Of a stretch of 64,000 nt of DNA, positions 1 to 10,823 are shown piece by piece. The translations under genes and the position numbers were made by a program. Below the pieces are notes generated by a model. The model had not been told where the DNA came from, did not search any database, and was given only the letters and a program-made list of their open reading frames with translations. Origin of the DNA: an uncultured Pseudomonadota bacterium (GTDB lineage: Bacteria > Pseudomonadota > Alphaproteobacteria > RF32 > CAG-239); contig CASFMW010000003.1 of NCBI GenBank assembly GCA_949295935.1, forward strand, positions 28,109 through 92,108, read 5' to 3'. Numbering within the stretch: the first letter of the stretch is position 1; the number at the start of each line of letters is the position of its first letter.

Positions 1-35
1 GTTAAAAAGTGAGATTTTATTGAATTTACAATACA

Positions 36-545
36 TTAATATGTTGGATAATCCGTAATGGTTGGTTGAGGTTCAGCCTGAATCCGCTCAACGTCCGTAT
101 CTGGATAAGATTGAACATCATAAATTCTACCACCAGACTCATAAAGCGTGTTTTGAATCTGATTATTAACCTGTGCCGGATTCGGCTCTTGAGCAATAGT
201 CGGATCTTGAGGTTCTGACTCTGAAACAACATTAGACGGTACCGAAGCTGCTGTTGGAGCAACCGAAACATCCGGAATCGAAGCATCTGGTGTCACTCCT
301 GCAGATGCATTTGATGAATTATCGGCAGGTTGATCAACGATCGGATTTCCAAGAGGATTTTCGTTACTGTTGCTTTGTTCTAAAAACATAACATTTTCTG
401 TTCCATTAGCATTTTCGGCTTCTCCAAAAACTTCCACTTCTTGCTGGTTTGAAGAAGGGGCATTTTGCGCCTCTGCAGACATTTCTGCCATAGCGCTTCC
501 GCTAGCCAAAAGAGCGGCAATCAAAGCAAAAGAAAATTTATTCAT
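36..545 (-). CDS. Exported acidic low-complexity protein (169 aa); signal peptide MNKFSFALIAALLASGSAMA then Ser/Pro/Asn/Glu-rich sequence
   Basis: ORF with cleavable signal-peptide-like N-terminus; AGGAGG SD 5 nt upstream of ATG (rc of 546-557); no recognisable enzymatic motifs. Confidence 0.6.
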   Translation of the reverse strand: MNKFSFALIAALLASGSAMAEMSAEAQNAPSSNQQEVEVFGEAENANGTENVMFLEQSNSNENPLGNPIVDQPADNSSNASAGVTPDASIPDVSVAPTAASVPSNVVSESEPQDPTIAQEPNPAQVNNQIQNTLYESGGRIYDVQSYPDTDVERIQAEPQPTITDYPTY

Positions 546-605
546 AAGTTCCTCCTGAAAAAAATTTTTTTAACGGTCATAAAAAAAATATAATCTGTAA
601 TTATA

Positions 606-650
606 TTAAAAAAAGGGCAATGGCTTAAAAAGTCCTGCCCTTTTCAAAAA
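606..650 (-). terminator. Rho-independent terminator downstream of ackA (stem AAGGGCA/TGCCCTT flanked by A/T runs)
   Basis: Inverted repeat 613-619/636-642 followed on minus strand by T-run. Confidence 0.55.
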
Positions 651-655
651 ACAAA

Positions 656-1840
656 TTATTTTACCAAATTGACCGTATCTTTGGCAATCATAAGCTCTTC
701 GTTTGTCGGAATAACAAAGACTTTAACTTTAGAATCCGGAGTCGAAATCTCGACCGTTTCACCTTTCAACGCATTATTTTCTTCATTAAGCCCAATTCCG
801 AGATAAGCCAAGCGCTTACAAATTTCCTTACGTAAAGAAGGCGCATTTTCGCCGATTCCCGCAGTAAAGATAATCGCATCAACACCACCCATAACTGCGA
901 TATATGACCCGATAAAACGAATAATCGTGTGAACATAAACTTCCATAGCGGCAAGAGCCTTTTCATCACCTTCATTGCACTTTTGTTCAACATCACGATT
1001 ATCAGAATAACCGCACAAACCAAGCATACCACTTTGTTTGTTCAGCATATCATTAACCTCATCAACGGTTTTGCGCTGATATTTCATAATATGAAGCGGA
1101 ATATACGGATCAATATCACCGCAACGAGTTCCCATCATAATACCAGCCAAAGGCGTAAATCCCATAGAAGTATCAACACACTTGCCATCAACCACAGCAG
1201 AGATTGAAGCTCCGTTACCTAGGTGACAAGTCACAAATTTTCCGGTTTTACCCATAAGCTTAGCCGCAACTTCAGAAACATACTTATGAGACGTTCCATG
1301 AGCACCATAGCGACGAATTTGATGTTCGCTATATTGTTCATAAGGCAACGGATACAAATAAGCGGCACGCGGCATTGTCTGATGAAAAGCCGTATCAAAA
1401 GCCACAACTTGCGGCACATTCGGCAATGCATTTTTAACCGCCTTAATACCAAGAACGGCAGCCGGATTATGCAGCGGTGCTAAAGTTGATAAATCATCAA
1501 TTTTTTGCAAAACATCATCATCAACCAAAACTGAGCGGTCAAAATAGCTTCCACCTTGAACCACACGGTGACCAACACCATCAAGTTCATCAAGACTTTT
1601 CAAAACACTGCCCAGCAAAAGATTCAAAACTTCGCGGATAGCCTCGTTATGAGAAGGCAGAGCCACTTCTTTAATAACCTTATCATTATCACCGGCTTTA
1701 ATGCTGACAAAAGAACCATAAATACCGATTCTCTCGGCATTACCTTTTGCCACAACGGTATAATTATCGCCTTCAACATCAAAAAGCTGATATTTCAGAG
1801 AAGAAGAACCTGAGTTAAGAACCAAAATTTTTTTCATCAA
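656..1840 (-). CDS. ackA: Acetate kinase
   Basis: 394 aa; N-terminus KILVLNSGSSSLKYQLF and overall acetate/propionate kinase family signature; TTG start followed by ATG at 1837. Confidence 0.95.
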   Translation of the reverse strand: MMKKILVLNSGSSSLKYQLFDVEGDNYTVVAKGNAERIGIYGSFVSIKAGDNDKVIKEVALPSHNEAIREVLNLLLGSVLKSLDELDGVGHRVVQGGSYFDRSVLVDDDVLQKIDDLSTLAPLHNPAAVLGIKAVKNALPNVPQVVAFDTAFHQTMPRAAYLYPLPYEQYSEHQIRRYGAHGTSHKYVSEVAAKLMGKTGKFVTCHLGNGASISAVVDGKCVDTSMGFTPLAGIMMGTRCGDIDPYIPLHIMKYQRKTVDEVNDMLNKQSGMLGLCGYSDNRDVEQKCNEGDEKALAAMEVYVHTIIRFIGSYIAVMGGVDAIIFTAGIGENAPSLRKEICKRLAYLGIGLNEENNALKGETVEISTPDSKVKVFVIPTNEELMIAKDTVNLVK

Positions 1841-1849
1841 AACCTCCCG

Positions 1850-2854
1850 TTACTTTTGTGCCTGCAAAGCCGTAATGGCAATAACACCAACAATATCATC
1901 TACCAACGCTCCGCGAGACAAATCATTAACCGGAGCATTCAACCCTTGAAGCATGGGGCCATAAGCCTCACACCCACCAAGACGTTGCAAAAGTTTATAA
2001 CCGATATTTCCGGCCTCAAGTGACGGAAAGATTAAAACACGGGCTTTACCGGCAACTTCGCTGGCAGAAGCTTTTTTCTTAGCCACAACTTCATCAAGGG
2101 CAGCATCAGCCTGCATTTCACCATCGATTCGAATAGGCAAATCTTTATATTCATCGCTCTTCAAATCGGCTTTAGCTAACTCGGTTGCACGCTTAACTTT
2201 ATCAACCCCATCACCTTTGCCGGATCCATAAGTCGAATAAGACAACATAGCTACATTAGCCTCGATTCCAAATTTCAAAGCACTTTCTGCAGCATCAAGG
2301 GCAATGTCTGCCATTTCGCGGTCTGTCGGATTAATCACGATGGCACAGTCCGAAAACAGATAAGGCTTGTCGTTTGAAACCATAATCAAACAAGAAGAAA
2401 CAGAGCGACCTTTTTTAGCAGATTTAATAATCTGCAAAGCCGGACGAACGGTATCAGCAGTTGAATGATTAGCGCCTGAAACCATACCATCAGCATGACC
2501 GGCCTTAATCATCAGTGTTCCGAAGTAGTTATAATTCAGCGCGAGCTTTTCAGCTGATTCCATACTCAAACCTTTATCCTTGCGCAGTTCATACAACAAA
2601 TTGGTATATTCCTGCAAATGCGGAGAGTTTTCCGGCTTAACAATAGAAATATCATCTAAATCCCAGCCTTTGGAAGCAAAATGATTTTTGATTTCATCTT
2701 CATTACCGAGAATAATAATTTTTGCCACTTTTTCAGAAGCAATAATATGAGCTGCCTCCAAAATGCGCAAATCTTCACCCTCAGGTAAAACAATAGTCTT
2801 ATGCAACAGCTTTGCTTTATCCATCAAGCCGCGCAAATATTTACTATAAGCCAT
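1850..2854 (-). CDS. pta: Phosphate acetyltransferase (short, catalytic-domain-only form)
   Basis: 334 aa; PTA_PTB family motifs; located immediately upstream of ackA in same orientation (pta-ackA operon). Confidence 0.88.
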   Translation of the reverse strand: MAYSKYLRGLMDKAKLLHKTIVLPEGEDLRILEAAHIIASEKVAKIIILGNEDEIKNHFASKGWDLDDISIVKPENSPHLQEYTNLLYELRKDKGLSMESAEKLALNYNYFGTLMIKAGHADGMVSGANHSTADTVRPALQIIKSAKKGRSVSSCLIMVSNDKPYLFSDCAIVINPTDREMADIALDAAESALKFGIEANVAMLSYSTYGSGKGDGVDKVKRATELAKADLKSDEYKDLPIRIDGEMQADAALDEVVAKKKASASEVAGKARVLIFPSLEAGNIGYKLLQRLGGCEAYGPMLQGLNAPVNDLSRGALVDDIVGVIAITALQAQK

Positions 2855-3023
2855 GACATTATCCTTAAAAAAACAATATAAAAAATTTTGCTAAAACTAA
2901 TAAACAATGCTTCAAGCAAATTGTCCACAAAAAACTTTTGATTTTTTAATGTAAATAGAATAACATCAAATAAATTTTTGGAGCACGATTATTTTAACCG
3001 CATAGGAAGGGTAGATAAAAACC

Positions 3024-3440
3024 ATGGAAAGAACACTTTCAATCATCAAACCGGACGCCACCGCACGCAACATCACCGGCCAAATCAACACAATGATAGA
3101 AGCCTCAGACTTACGCATTGTTGCCCAAAAGCGGATTCGCTTAACTCAAAGCCAAGCCGAAGAATTTTATCATGAATTAAAAGATAAAGTCTTTTTTGGC
3201 AGTATGGTCCAACAAATGATATCAGGTCCGGTTATTGTTCAGGTATTGGAAGGAGAAAACGCGATTGCACATTACCGCGAGATTATGGGCGCCACCAATC
3301 CTGCCGTTGCGGAAGAAGGCACGATTCGCAAAACCTTTGCTCTTTCAATAGAAAAAAATTCGGTACATGGCTCAGATTCGCCTGAATCTGCCAAAAGAGA
3401 AGTTGGATTTTTCTTCAGCAAAACAGAAATTGTCGGATAA
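3024..3440 (+). CDS. ndk: Nucleoside diphosphate kinase
   Basis: 138 aa; [12 protein letters not shown]... and conserved NDK active-site region ...NSVHGSDS... Confidence 0.95.
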   Translation: MERTLSIIKPDATARNITGQINTMIEASDLRIVAQKRIRLTQSQAEEFYHELKDKVFFGSMVQQMISGPVIVQVLEGENAIAHYREIMGATNPAVAEEGTIRKTFALSIEKNSVHGSDSPESAKREVGFFFSKTEIVG

Positions 3441-3451
3441 GGAGCATTACC

Positions 3452-4504
3452 TTGCACAAAATAATTTTAGCCCTATTGATGAGCTTTGGCATCATACACA
3501 CAGCCAACGCAAAAAGCAGTGAAAAATATGTTGCGGAAGTCAGCATAGACATCACAGCCGAAGATGCTGCCTCCGCCCGAGAAAAAGGCATGAAAGAAGC
3601 TTATCGCAAAGCTTTTTTGACCGTTGCCGGAAAGTCTACTGACAGCGAGGGATTAGCGCGCCTGTCAAACTTAACCGATGATCAACTGGTAAATTTCATT
3701 CAAGAAGCCGAGGTCATCTCAGAAAAAGCCTCAAACGTGCGTTATATCGCCACGCTTAAAGTCCGCATAAATAATAATCTGCTTAAAACTTATATGGAAG
3801 AACAAGGGATAAACTACGTTATCCGCACAGCTTCAAACATCATTGTTGTTCCCGTATTCCGTGAATTCTCCGGCGATTCTCCTCTGCTGTGGGAAAGCCG
3901 CAACGAGTGGCGCAAAGCATGGGAGCAATCCCCCAAAACTGGCAGCGAAAACAACTATATATCCGTTCCTGCCGACAGCATGGTTTATTCTGTTTTAGAC
4001 GGCAACAAAGCGCTCCAACTCAACGGTCAAGCATTAGACCTTGTTGCCAGCCACCTCAACACTCGCAACATCTATGTTTTAGATGCTGTTTATAACGGCA
4101 TTGAAGGATTAAGAATAAACATCATGCCCTACAACGGCCAACCATCAAAAACCATAGACATCAGCGGAGAAAGAAGCCCTGAGCTTTTCCAAAAGGCGAT
4201 TCCCGAAGTTGCGGCCTATATCGACAGCACCATTCAGGAACAAAACATTGCCTCTGACACAAGCCGACAGGAATTAATCGGAATGTATAGCTATGACAAG
4301 CTTTCAGACTGGATTAAAACCGAAAACCAGCTCAAAAACATTCCCCAGATAAGCAGTGTAAAAATTGAAGCAATGGGCAAAGGCAAAGTCCAATTCCGTC
4401 TGGAATACATCGGTCAAATTTATGACTTGATAACCGCCTTAAAAGCTTATCGCTTAAACCTTCAGGATATGAACGGATATTATAACCTCAGCACGGGAGC
4501 ATAA
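3452..4504 (+). CDS. Hypothetical exported protein (350 aa) with N-terminal signal peptide
   Basis: TTG start 7 nt after AAGGAG SD; signal peptide ...FGIIHTANA/K; no recognisable catalytic motifs. Confidence 0.6.
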   Translation: MHKIILALLMSFGIIHTANAKSSEKYVAEVSIDITAEDAASAREKGMKEAYRKAFLTVAGKSTDSEGLARLSNLTDDQLVNFIQEAEVISEKASNVRYIATLKVRINNNLLKTYMEEQGINYVIRTASNIIVVPVFREFSGDSPLLWESRNEWRKAWEQSPKTGSENNYISVPADSMVYSVLDGNKALQLNGQALDLVASHLNTRNIYVLDAVYNGIEGLRINIMPYNGQPSKTIDISGERSPELFQKAIPEVAAYIDSTIQEQNIASDTSRQELIGMYSYDKLSDWIKTENQLKNIPQISSVKIEAMGKGKVQFRLEYIGQIYDLITALKAYRLNLQDMNGYYNLSTGA

Positions 4505-4508
4505 AAAC

Positions 4509-5585
4509 ATGATGACCGCCGACAAACCTTTAACCGCTAATCGCAATTGGATGTTTTGGCTCGCTCTATTCATCCTCTTTTGCTATGGACTATACATTTT
4601 GCGCTCGGTTTTATTGCCATTTGTCGCCGGCATCATCATCGGATATCTGCTTGATCCGTGGGTCAGAAAAATAAATAAATGGGGCATGAACCGCACCTTG
4701 GCTACCTTTCTCGTTTTGCTGGCTTTAGTGCTCATCATTGTACCGTCCGTCATTTTGCTCCTTGGCGTAATCAACGATCAAATCACGCGTTTTATCTCTG
4801 TTGTACCGGAATATTTGGCCTCATTAACCAAAAAACTTGAACCATGGATTAATGACTTGCAAAAAAATATTCCTGCTCTCGACGCTGACAAAGTCAAAAG
4901 CTACTTAAAAAGCAACATGGCAAATAACTTAAAACTCGCTGGCAAAGTTTTACAAAGTGTCGTCACCAGCGGATTCGCTCTGATGAACATTATTTCTTTG
5001 CTGCTTATTACGCCGGTTGTTGCCTTTTATATGTTACGTGACTGGGATGGCTTCATCAAAAAGATTGATAGCTTATTGCCACGCAAATCAAAAAAATCGA
5101 TTCGTATTCAAGCCAAAGAAATCGACCGTACTTTAGCCGGCTTCATCCGCGGACAATTAAGCGTCTGCATTTTGCTTGGTGCTTTTTATTCCGCCGGACT
5201 TTACTTTGTCGGCCTAGAACTTGGCGTTTTGATTGGCTTTATCGCCGGCGTCATCTCTTTCATTCCTTATGTTGGCAGCATCACCGGCTTTTTGGTCAGC
5301 TTAGGCGTCGCTTTTGCTCAGTTTGACAGCTTAGGACCAATTGCTCAAGTTGTCGGCGTATTTATCGTCGGACAATTTTTAGAAGGCAACTTCCTAACGC
5401 CGAAATTAGTCGGCGACAGCGTAGGCCTTCATCCGGTATGGATAATGTTTGCCTTGCTGGCCGGCGGCGTCTTGCTGGGCTTTTTAGGCTTGATGATTGC
5501 GGTTCCTTTGGCCGCAATTATCGGCGTCCTGATTCGCCACGCCATTGAAAATTACAAACATAGCAGTCTTTACTTAGAGGACTAA
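4509..5585 (+). CDS. AI-2E family (PerM/YhhT-like, UPF0118) inner-membrane transporter
   Basis: 358 aa, ~8 predicted TM segments, characteristic Gly-rich C-terminal TM region (GFIAGVISFIPYVGS...). Confidence 0.7.
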   Translation: MMTADKPLTANRNWMFWLALFILFCYGLYILRSVLLPFVAGIIIGYLLDPWVRKINKWGMNRTLATFLVLLALVLIIVPSVILLLGVINDQITRFISVVPEYLASLTKKLEPWINDLQKNIPALDADKVKSYLKSNMANNLKLAGKVLQSVVTSGFALMNIISLLLITPVVAFYMLRDWDGFIKKIDSLLPRKSKKSIRIQAKEIDRTLAGFIRGQLSVCILLGAFYSAGLYFVGLELGVLIGFIAGVISFIPYVGSITGFLVSLGVAFAQFDSLGPIAQVVGVFIVGQFLEGNFLTPKLVGDSVGLHPVWIMFALLAGGVLLGFLGLMIAVPLAAIIGVLIRHAIENYKHSSLYLED

Positions 5586-5629
5586 AAAAAATAACCTTAG
5601 AGCCACCAAACTCTAAGGTTATTTTTTTA
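5583..5629. terminator. Bidirectional rho-independent terminator between convergent AI-2E transporter and methyltransferase genes
   Basis: Perfect 13-bp stem AATAACCTTAGAG/CTCTAAGGTTATT flanked by A-run and T-run. Confidence 0.75.
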
Positions 5630-6337
5630 GCTTTCCTTATAACGTTCTTTGCGCTCGCGCCGTGACAAGCTCCACAAATTTCCCCAACCGTTAATCGGCT
5701 GAACATCATATTTTGACTTAAAATCAAAATTCCGAGAAAAAAACAAAGACGTTGTTTTAGTATAATTATTCATCGGGCAAAAACCATAAAAATCGACTTG
5801 TAGCAAATTGGCCGCTTTCAAAGCCGCAACCGCATCTTTATATTCTTGACTGGTGTTAATGCGGTCGCTGTCGTCTAAAATAACCAGCCCACCATCAGCA
5901 AGAGCATTAACTGCGGCTTTAGCACATTCGGCACGCCTTTTACCATCAACCACAATCACATCATAGCGGCAATCGTCTTCAAATACGGCATTTTCATAAA
6001 TTTCACCTTCATCACGCCAGCGCACATCCAAATTCTCTTCATTAAATTCGTGTTGCCACTTATCAAACCATTTTGGATTATCTTCAATACTCACCACATT
6101 TTTGGCGCGTGCCGCCCAGAATAAAGATGAATTTCCGCAACCAAATTCAAAAATTTTTTTATCGCTATAATCAAATTGCGACAAATATTCTATTGCCGGA
6201 TAAGTATACCACGGCAGCGGCTTACCGTCGCGATCGACACAAACTTTCTCGTCAATCGTACGCTCAATGGCAAAATCCACCCGCCACATATCTATAAATT
6301 TTTGAAACTTTTCGCTATACATCACAAAATTCCACAA
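5627..6337 (-). CDS. Class I SAM-dependent methyltransferase (stand-alone, 236 aa)
   Basis: Motif I-like FEFGCGNSSLFWA and motif with acidic residue (VVSIEDN); no adjacent partner gene. Confidence 0.6.
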   Translation of the reverse strand: MWNFVMYSEKFQKFIDMWRVDFAIERTIDEKVCVDRDGKPLPWYTYPAIEYLSQFDYSDKKIFEFGCGNSSLFWAARAKNVVSIEDNPKWFDKWQHEFNEENLDVRWRDEGEIYENAVFEDDCRYDVIVVDGKRRAECAKAAVNALADGGLVILDDSDRINTSQEYKDAVAALKAANLLQVDFYGFCPMNNYTKTTSLFFSRNFDFKSKYDVQPINGWGNLWSLSRRERKERYKES

Positions 6338-6427
6338 TAAAAAATTTAACCCTCTTATTTTGCTTTATTTTTTTATAAATAAAGTCTATAAAGAAAGCAA
6401 GCACGAAAAATCAGCAAGGAACGATAA

Positions 6428-6736
6428 ATGAAAAAGGCTGAACTTATCTTAAAAAACCCCCGCACCGAGAAGTTAAAAACCGTATCAACCGGTTACTCTT
6501 GGAGCGTATTACTGTTTTGCTTTTTGGTTCCGCTGTATCACCGCAATTTGAAACAGAGCCTTTTGTTTTTAACCTTGTGGCTCTGCACCTTAGGCGCAGC
6601 ATCACTTATCTTAGGCTTTTACTACAATCGCCTCTATGGACGCAGCCTAATAAAAAAAGGCTATAAACTATTTCACATCCAAGGGCAGATTTCTCAAAAA
6701 CAGCTACAAAAAATATTGCCTAATAACCTCGGCTGA
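6428..6736 (+). CDS. Small hypothetical membrane protein (102 aa, two hydrophobic segments)
   Basis: ORF only; convergent with and 3'-overlapping holA. Confidence 0.35.
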   Translation: MKKAELILKNPRTEKLKTVSTGYSWSVLLFCFLVPLYHRNLKQSLLFLTLWLCTLGAASLILGFYYNRLYGRSLIKKGYKLFHIQGQISQKQLQKILPNNLG

Positions 6737-7808
6737 GTTTGGCGGCGGCATTAGCCGCGGCGGAAGAAACCTGCATCAATAAATAACTGACCATCTCCTC
6801 GACCGGCATAGCTGCATTACGAGTATCTCTTTCGCAGTTATAGAGCAATTCCAAAACACTAAAAACACGATCACGATTCCAAATGCTAAGCTGTTTTTTG
6901 AAACTAGATTCGCGGAAAAAAATAATCCTCGGCACCAGCTTTTTCACCGCTGTGTCAATCGTGTCACCCTTTTCCATAGACCCAAGACAAACCAAAATCT
7001 TCTGAAAATGATAAAATAAAGAACGCACCACTTGCGCCGGATCAATCCCTTCATTCAACAAACGTTGATAAGCTTGAAGCGTTTTATCTTTCAAACCACT
7101 GGCAGCAAAAAAACACACGTCATCGGTTGAAGAAGAAGCCGTATCACTAACCACCGCCCGCACATCTTCAGGCAAAACCGTTTTCTTATCTCCGAGATAA
7201 GTCACCAGTTTTTCCAGCTCGCCCAAATTGCTTTTTCTGTCATTAGAAAGACGCGCACATAAAAGCTGCAGCGCCTCATTTCCGATAGACACACCATTTT
7301 CACTCAAAAAGGTCCTGACTGTTGAAAAAACATCTTCATCGCGATCTTCATAACAAGCAATAACGCCGGCAAACTCAGCATCTTCGGCAAACTTCACCAA
7401 AGAAGACTTTTTATTCAAAGACGCCGAATAAATAATTAAAAGTGTGTCCGACTTTGCATCATCAAATAAAGACTTAAGAACTTTAGTCAGATTATTGTCG
7501 GCGTTTTTAATCACAACAACCCGACGTCCCCCCATCAGAGATTGAGCATTAAATTCGCCGATAAGCAAACCGGCATCAGCATTCACATCTTCTCCGTTAA
7601 GATACACCACCTGAAACGGATCATAAATATCGGGACTTATAGCCTTTGTCAGATTGCGCACATATTCTGACATCAAACCTTCGTTTGAGCCATAAACCAA
7701 CCAAAATTTAACGGAACTATCCGGCTTTTTCAAATAGCGGTCAATTTGCGGAGACTTAAATATCACTGGTTGACCCCTGCTTTGTAATAACTGAATGGAA
7801 ATAAGCAC
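6720..7808 (-). CDS. holA: DNA polymerase III delta subunit
   Basis: Position downstream of leuS-lptE and delta-subunit-like sequence (…VYGSNEGL…); annotated 5' end overlaps lptE by ~50 bp so true start may be an internal non-ATG codon. Confidence 0.8.
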   Translation of the reverse strand: MLISIQLLQSRGQPVIFKSPQIDRYLKKPDSSVKFWLVYGSNEGLMSEYVRNLTKAISPDIYDPFQVVYLNGEDVNADAGLLIGEFNAQSLMGGRRVVVIKNADNNLTKVLKSLFDDAKSDTLLIIYSASLNKKSSLVKFAEDAEFAGVIACYEDRDEDVFSTVRTFLSENGVSIGNEALQLLCARLSNDRKSNLGELEKLVTYLGDKKTVLPEDVRAVVSDTASSSTDDVCFFAASGLKDKTLQAYQRLLNEGIDPAQVVRSLFYHFQKILVCLGSMEKGDTIDTAVKKLVPRIIFFRESSFKKQLSIWNRDRVFSVLELLYNCERDTRNAAMPVEEMVSYLLMQVSSAAANAAAKLSRGY

Positions 7809-8311
7809 CTATGCGCAGAGCAATATCATCACCGATAATTTTTGCCGCATCTGTATCAGCCTTTTGCTCTGCCACTGTTGTTGAATAAGGATTCTTCAAA
7901 ATATCATAACTGGTATAGGCTATGCTATTACTGGTAAAGAGCTTTTCCGTCCCTTCCATCATATAATACGTGACCTTAAAGACCACCATTCGGCGAGTAG
8001 CAGTAATATCTTGACGAATAGCCTGGTCATAAGTTCGTTTACTTGCTAGTTTAACAAACAAACGATATTTAGGATTCTTAGGCGTTCCTTTTGGGGTCAA
8101 AGAATCCAGAAGATTATTGCGCAGCTGTTGTCCGAAACGATCGGCAATCGGCTCGACCTTAATCTGTTGCATTTCCTCAATAATAGAGGGATTAAAATTG
8201 GCATTATAATACCACTTACTTTCGGATTCGCGCTCCACATACAGTGGAGAAAAACCGCATCCGGTAATAAGGAACAAGATTAAAATCAGAGCCGATTTCC
8301 GCATTCTCATC
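7756..8311 (-). CDS. lptE: LPS-assembly lipoprotein LptE
   Basis: Lipobox LILFLITGCGF after start MRMRK (ATG at 8309-8311, overlaps leuS stop); conserved leuS-lptE-holA order. Confidence 0.8.
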
Positions 8312-8317
8312 TCCTGA

Positions 8318-10804
8318 CTAAGCCGCCACAATATTAACGATTTTATTAGGAACAACAATCACTTTACGAATTGTCTTTCCAGCAGTTTGACGCTGAATAT
8401 TATCCAAATTGAGCGCCGCTGCTTCAACCTCGTTCTGAGGCGTATCTTTCGGCATTTCGATTGTGCCGCGCATTTTACCGTTAAGCTGAACGGCGATTGT
8501 GACAACGTTATCTTCAGCCAAGTTTTTATCAAACTTCGGCCAAGCAGCCATAACCGCCAACCCCTCATGACCGAGGCGCGCCCACATTTCTTCAGACAAA
8601 TGCGGCGTAAACGGACAGAGCAACACAATCAGAGTTTCATAAAGCTCCGGTGCAATTTCAGCTTTGTCTGACAAATAGTTTGTATAAGTCATCAAAGAAG
8701 AAACCGCAGTGTTAAACTTCATCTGGTCGATTCTCTCGGTCACTTCTTTAATACACTTGTGCATAGCGCGCAAATCTTTTTCAGAAGCAACTGCAGACTT
8801 ATTTACCTTTTTGAACAAACCATAAACTTTGTTTACAAAACGATAAACGCCCATCAAACTTTCATCAGACCACATAGCAGTTTGATCAAACGGTCCGATA
8901 AACATTTCATACAAACGGAAGGTATCGGCACCATAAGCATCGACAATATCATCAGGATTAATAACATTGCCGCGTGACTTTGACATTTTCTCACCGTTTG
9001 AAGCCAAAATCATACCATGAGACGTACGTCTTTTGTATGGTTCTTTAGTCGGAACAAGCCCACAATCATACAAAAACTTGTGCCAAAAACGAGAATAGAG
9101 CAAGTGCAAGGTTGTATGCTCCATACCACCATTGTACCAATCAACCGGCATCCAGTAATCCAACGCCTCTTTAGAAGCAAATTCTTTGTCGTTGTGTGGA
9201 TCACAATAACGTAAGAAGTACCAGGATGAACCGGCCCAATTTGGCATGGTATCGGTTTCACGACGAGCCTTACCGCCACATTTCGGACAAGCTGTTTCAA
9301 GCCAAGCCCCAGCTTTTGACAAAGGCGATTCGCCTTCATCATTCGGCAAATAATCGGGGACTTCCGGCAAGGTCAACGGCAGCTGATTTTCCGGAATTGG
9401 CTGCCAACCGCAATGCTCACAATAAACCATCGGAATAGGCTCACCCCAATAACGCTGACGAGAAAAGACCCAATCACGCAGCTTATAGTTCACTTTGGCA
9501 TTACCGAAATTATTTTTAGCGGCAAAATCAATAGCGGCGCGAATACCGTCTTCTTTGTTCATTCCGTTCAAAAAGCCGGAATTAATATGAGCACCGTCTT
9601 CTTCCCATGCTTTTTCAGAAATATCGCCGCCTTCCAAAACTTGAATAATCGGCAGATTAAACTTCTTAGCAAAATCATAGTCGCGTTGGTCATGTGCCGG
9701 CACCGCCATAATCGCGCCCGTTCCATATCCGGTTAAAACATAATCAGAAATAAAGACCGGAATAAGCTCACCATTATACGGATTCTTAGCTTTAATTCCT
9801 TTGAGTTCAACACCGGTTTTAGAATCATCGGCCGTACGTTGCAAATCAGACTTCTTAGCCGTCTCGGCAACATAGTTTTTAATATCTTCCTGATTAGCAA
9901 AACGCGGCATCAGTTCAGCAATAAATTCATGCTCTGGCGCCATAACCATATAGGTCACACCAAAAGCAGTATCCGGACGCGTTGTAAAGACCTTAAGCTT
10001 TTTACCTTCCAGCGGTGTTCCGTCATCAAGACACAGCTCAAAATCAAGCTCAGCACCTTCAGAACGACCAATCCAATTAACTTGCTGAGACTTAACACGG
10101 TCGATAAAATCCAAATCATCTAAATCACTAATCAAACGGTCAGCATATTTGGTAATAGCCACCATCCACTGTTCTTTATCTCGGCGCACAACCTGAGCAC
10201 CGCAGCGCTCACAACATCCATTGACAACCTCTTCGTTCGCCAATCCGACTTTACAAGACGGGCACCAGTTAATAGCAATTTTATCTTTATAAGCTAAGCC
10301 TTTTTCAAACAGTTTGATAAACATCCACTGTGTCCACTTATAATATTCCGGATCACAAGTGGCAAAACTTCTGTCCCAATCAAAGCTAAAACCGAGTGAC
10401 TTCAGCTGACGCGTAAAAGTTTCAATATTTTTCTTGGTTGAAACAGCCGGATGAACACCGGTCTTAATGGCATAATTTTCTGCCGGCAAACCAAAGGCAT
10501 CAAACCCCATCGGATAAAGAACATTAAAGCCCTGCATTCTTTTTTTGCGCGCAATCACATCAAGCGCGGTATAAGAGCGCGGATGTCCGACATGAAGTCC
10601 GGCACCGGAAGGATAAGGGAATTCAACCAAAGCATAAAACTTCTCTTTAGACTTATCGACATCAACCTTATAAGCCTTTTCATCATCCCAAATTTTCTGC
10701 CATTTAGATTCGATTGTTCTAAAATTATAACGGTCTTCAACATCCCATTGTTTTTGCCATTCCTCAAAAGAGGCGCAACCGTTATAGTGTGTATTTCCTG
10801 TCAT
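8318..10804 (-). CDS. leuS: Leucyl-tRNA synthetase
   Basis: 828 aa; class I aaRS HIGH (HVGH) and KMSKS motifs, leucyl-specific editing/CP regions. Confidence 0.97.
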   Translation of the reverse strand: MTGNTHYNGCASFEEWQKQWDVEDRYNFRTIESKWQKIWDDEKAYKVDVDKSKEKFYALVEFPYPSGAGLHVGHPRSYTALDVIARKKRMQGFNVLYPMGFDAFGLPAENYAIKTGVHPAVSTKKNIETFTRQLKSLGFSFDWDRSFATCDPEYYKWTQWMFIKLFEKGLAYKDKIAINWCPSCKVGLANEEVVNGCCERCGAQVVRRDKEQWMVAITKYADRLISDLDDLDFIDRVKSQQVNWIGRSEGAELDFELCLDDGTPLEGKKLKVFTTRPDTAFGVTYMVMAPEHEFIAELMPRFANQEDIKNYVAETAKKSDLQRTADDSKTGVELKGIKAKNPYNGELIPVFISDYVLTGYGTGAIMAVPAHDQRDYDFAKKFNLPIIQVLEGGDISEKAWEEDGAHINSGFLNGMNKEDGIRAAIDFAAKNNFGNAKVNYKLRDWVFSRQRYWGEPIPMVYCEHCGWQPIPENQLPLTLPEVPDYLPNDEGESPLSKAGAWLETACPKCGGKARRETDTMPNWAGSSWYFLRYCDPHNDKEFASKEALDYWMPVDWYNGGMEHTTLHLLYSRFWHKFLYDCGLVPTKEPYKRRTSHGMILASNGEKMSKSRGNVINPDDIVDAYGADTFRLYEMFIGPFDQTAMWSDESLMGVYRFVNKVYGLFKKVNKSAVASEKDLRAMHKCIKEVTERIDQMKFNTAVSSLMTYTNYLSDKAEIAPELYETLIVLLCPFTPHLSEEMWARLGHEGLAVMAAWPKFDKNLAEDNVVTIAVQLNGKMRGTIEMPKDTPQNEVEAAALNLDNIQRQTAGKTIRKVIVVPNKIVNIVAA

Positions 10805-10823
10805 ACTAAATAATCCTTAAATA

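Noticed and set aside
8359-10813. Numerous 60-120-aa ORFs on the opposite strand or in alternative frames inside leuS (and similarly inside pnp, infB, nusA, addA, addB, 946-aa gene, GT5 gene)
   Set aside because: They lie antisense or out of frame within long, well-supported genes. They show low-complexity or hydrophobic artefact composition and have no SD, so they are spurious six-frame ORFs
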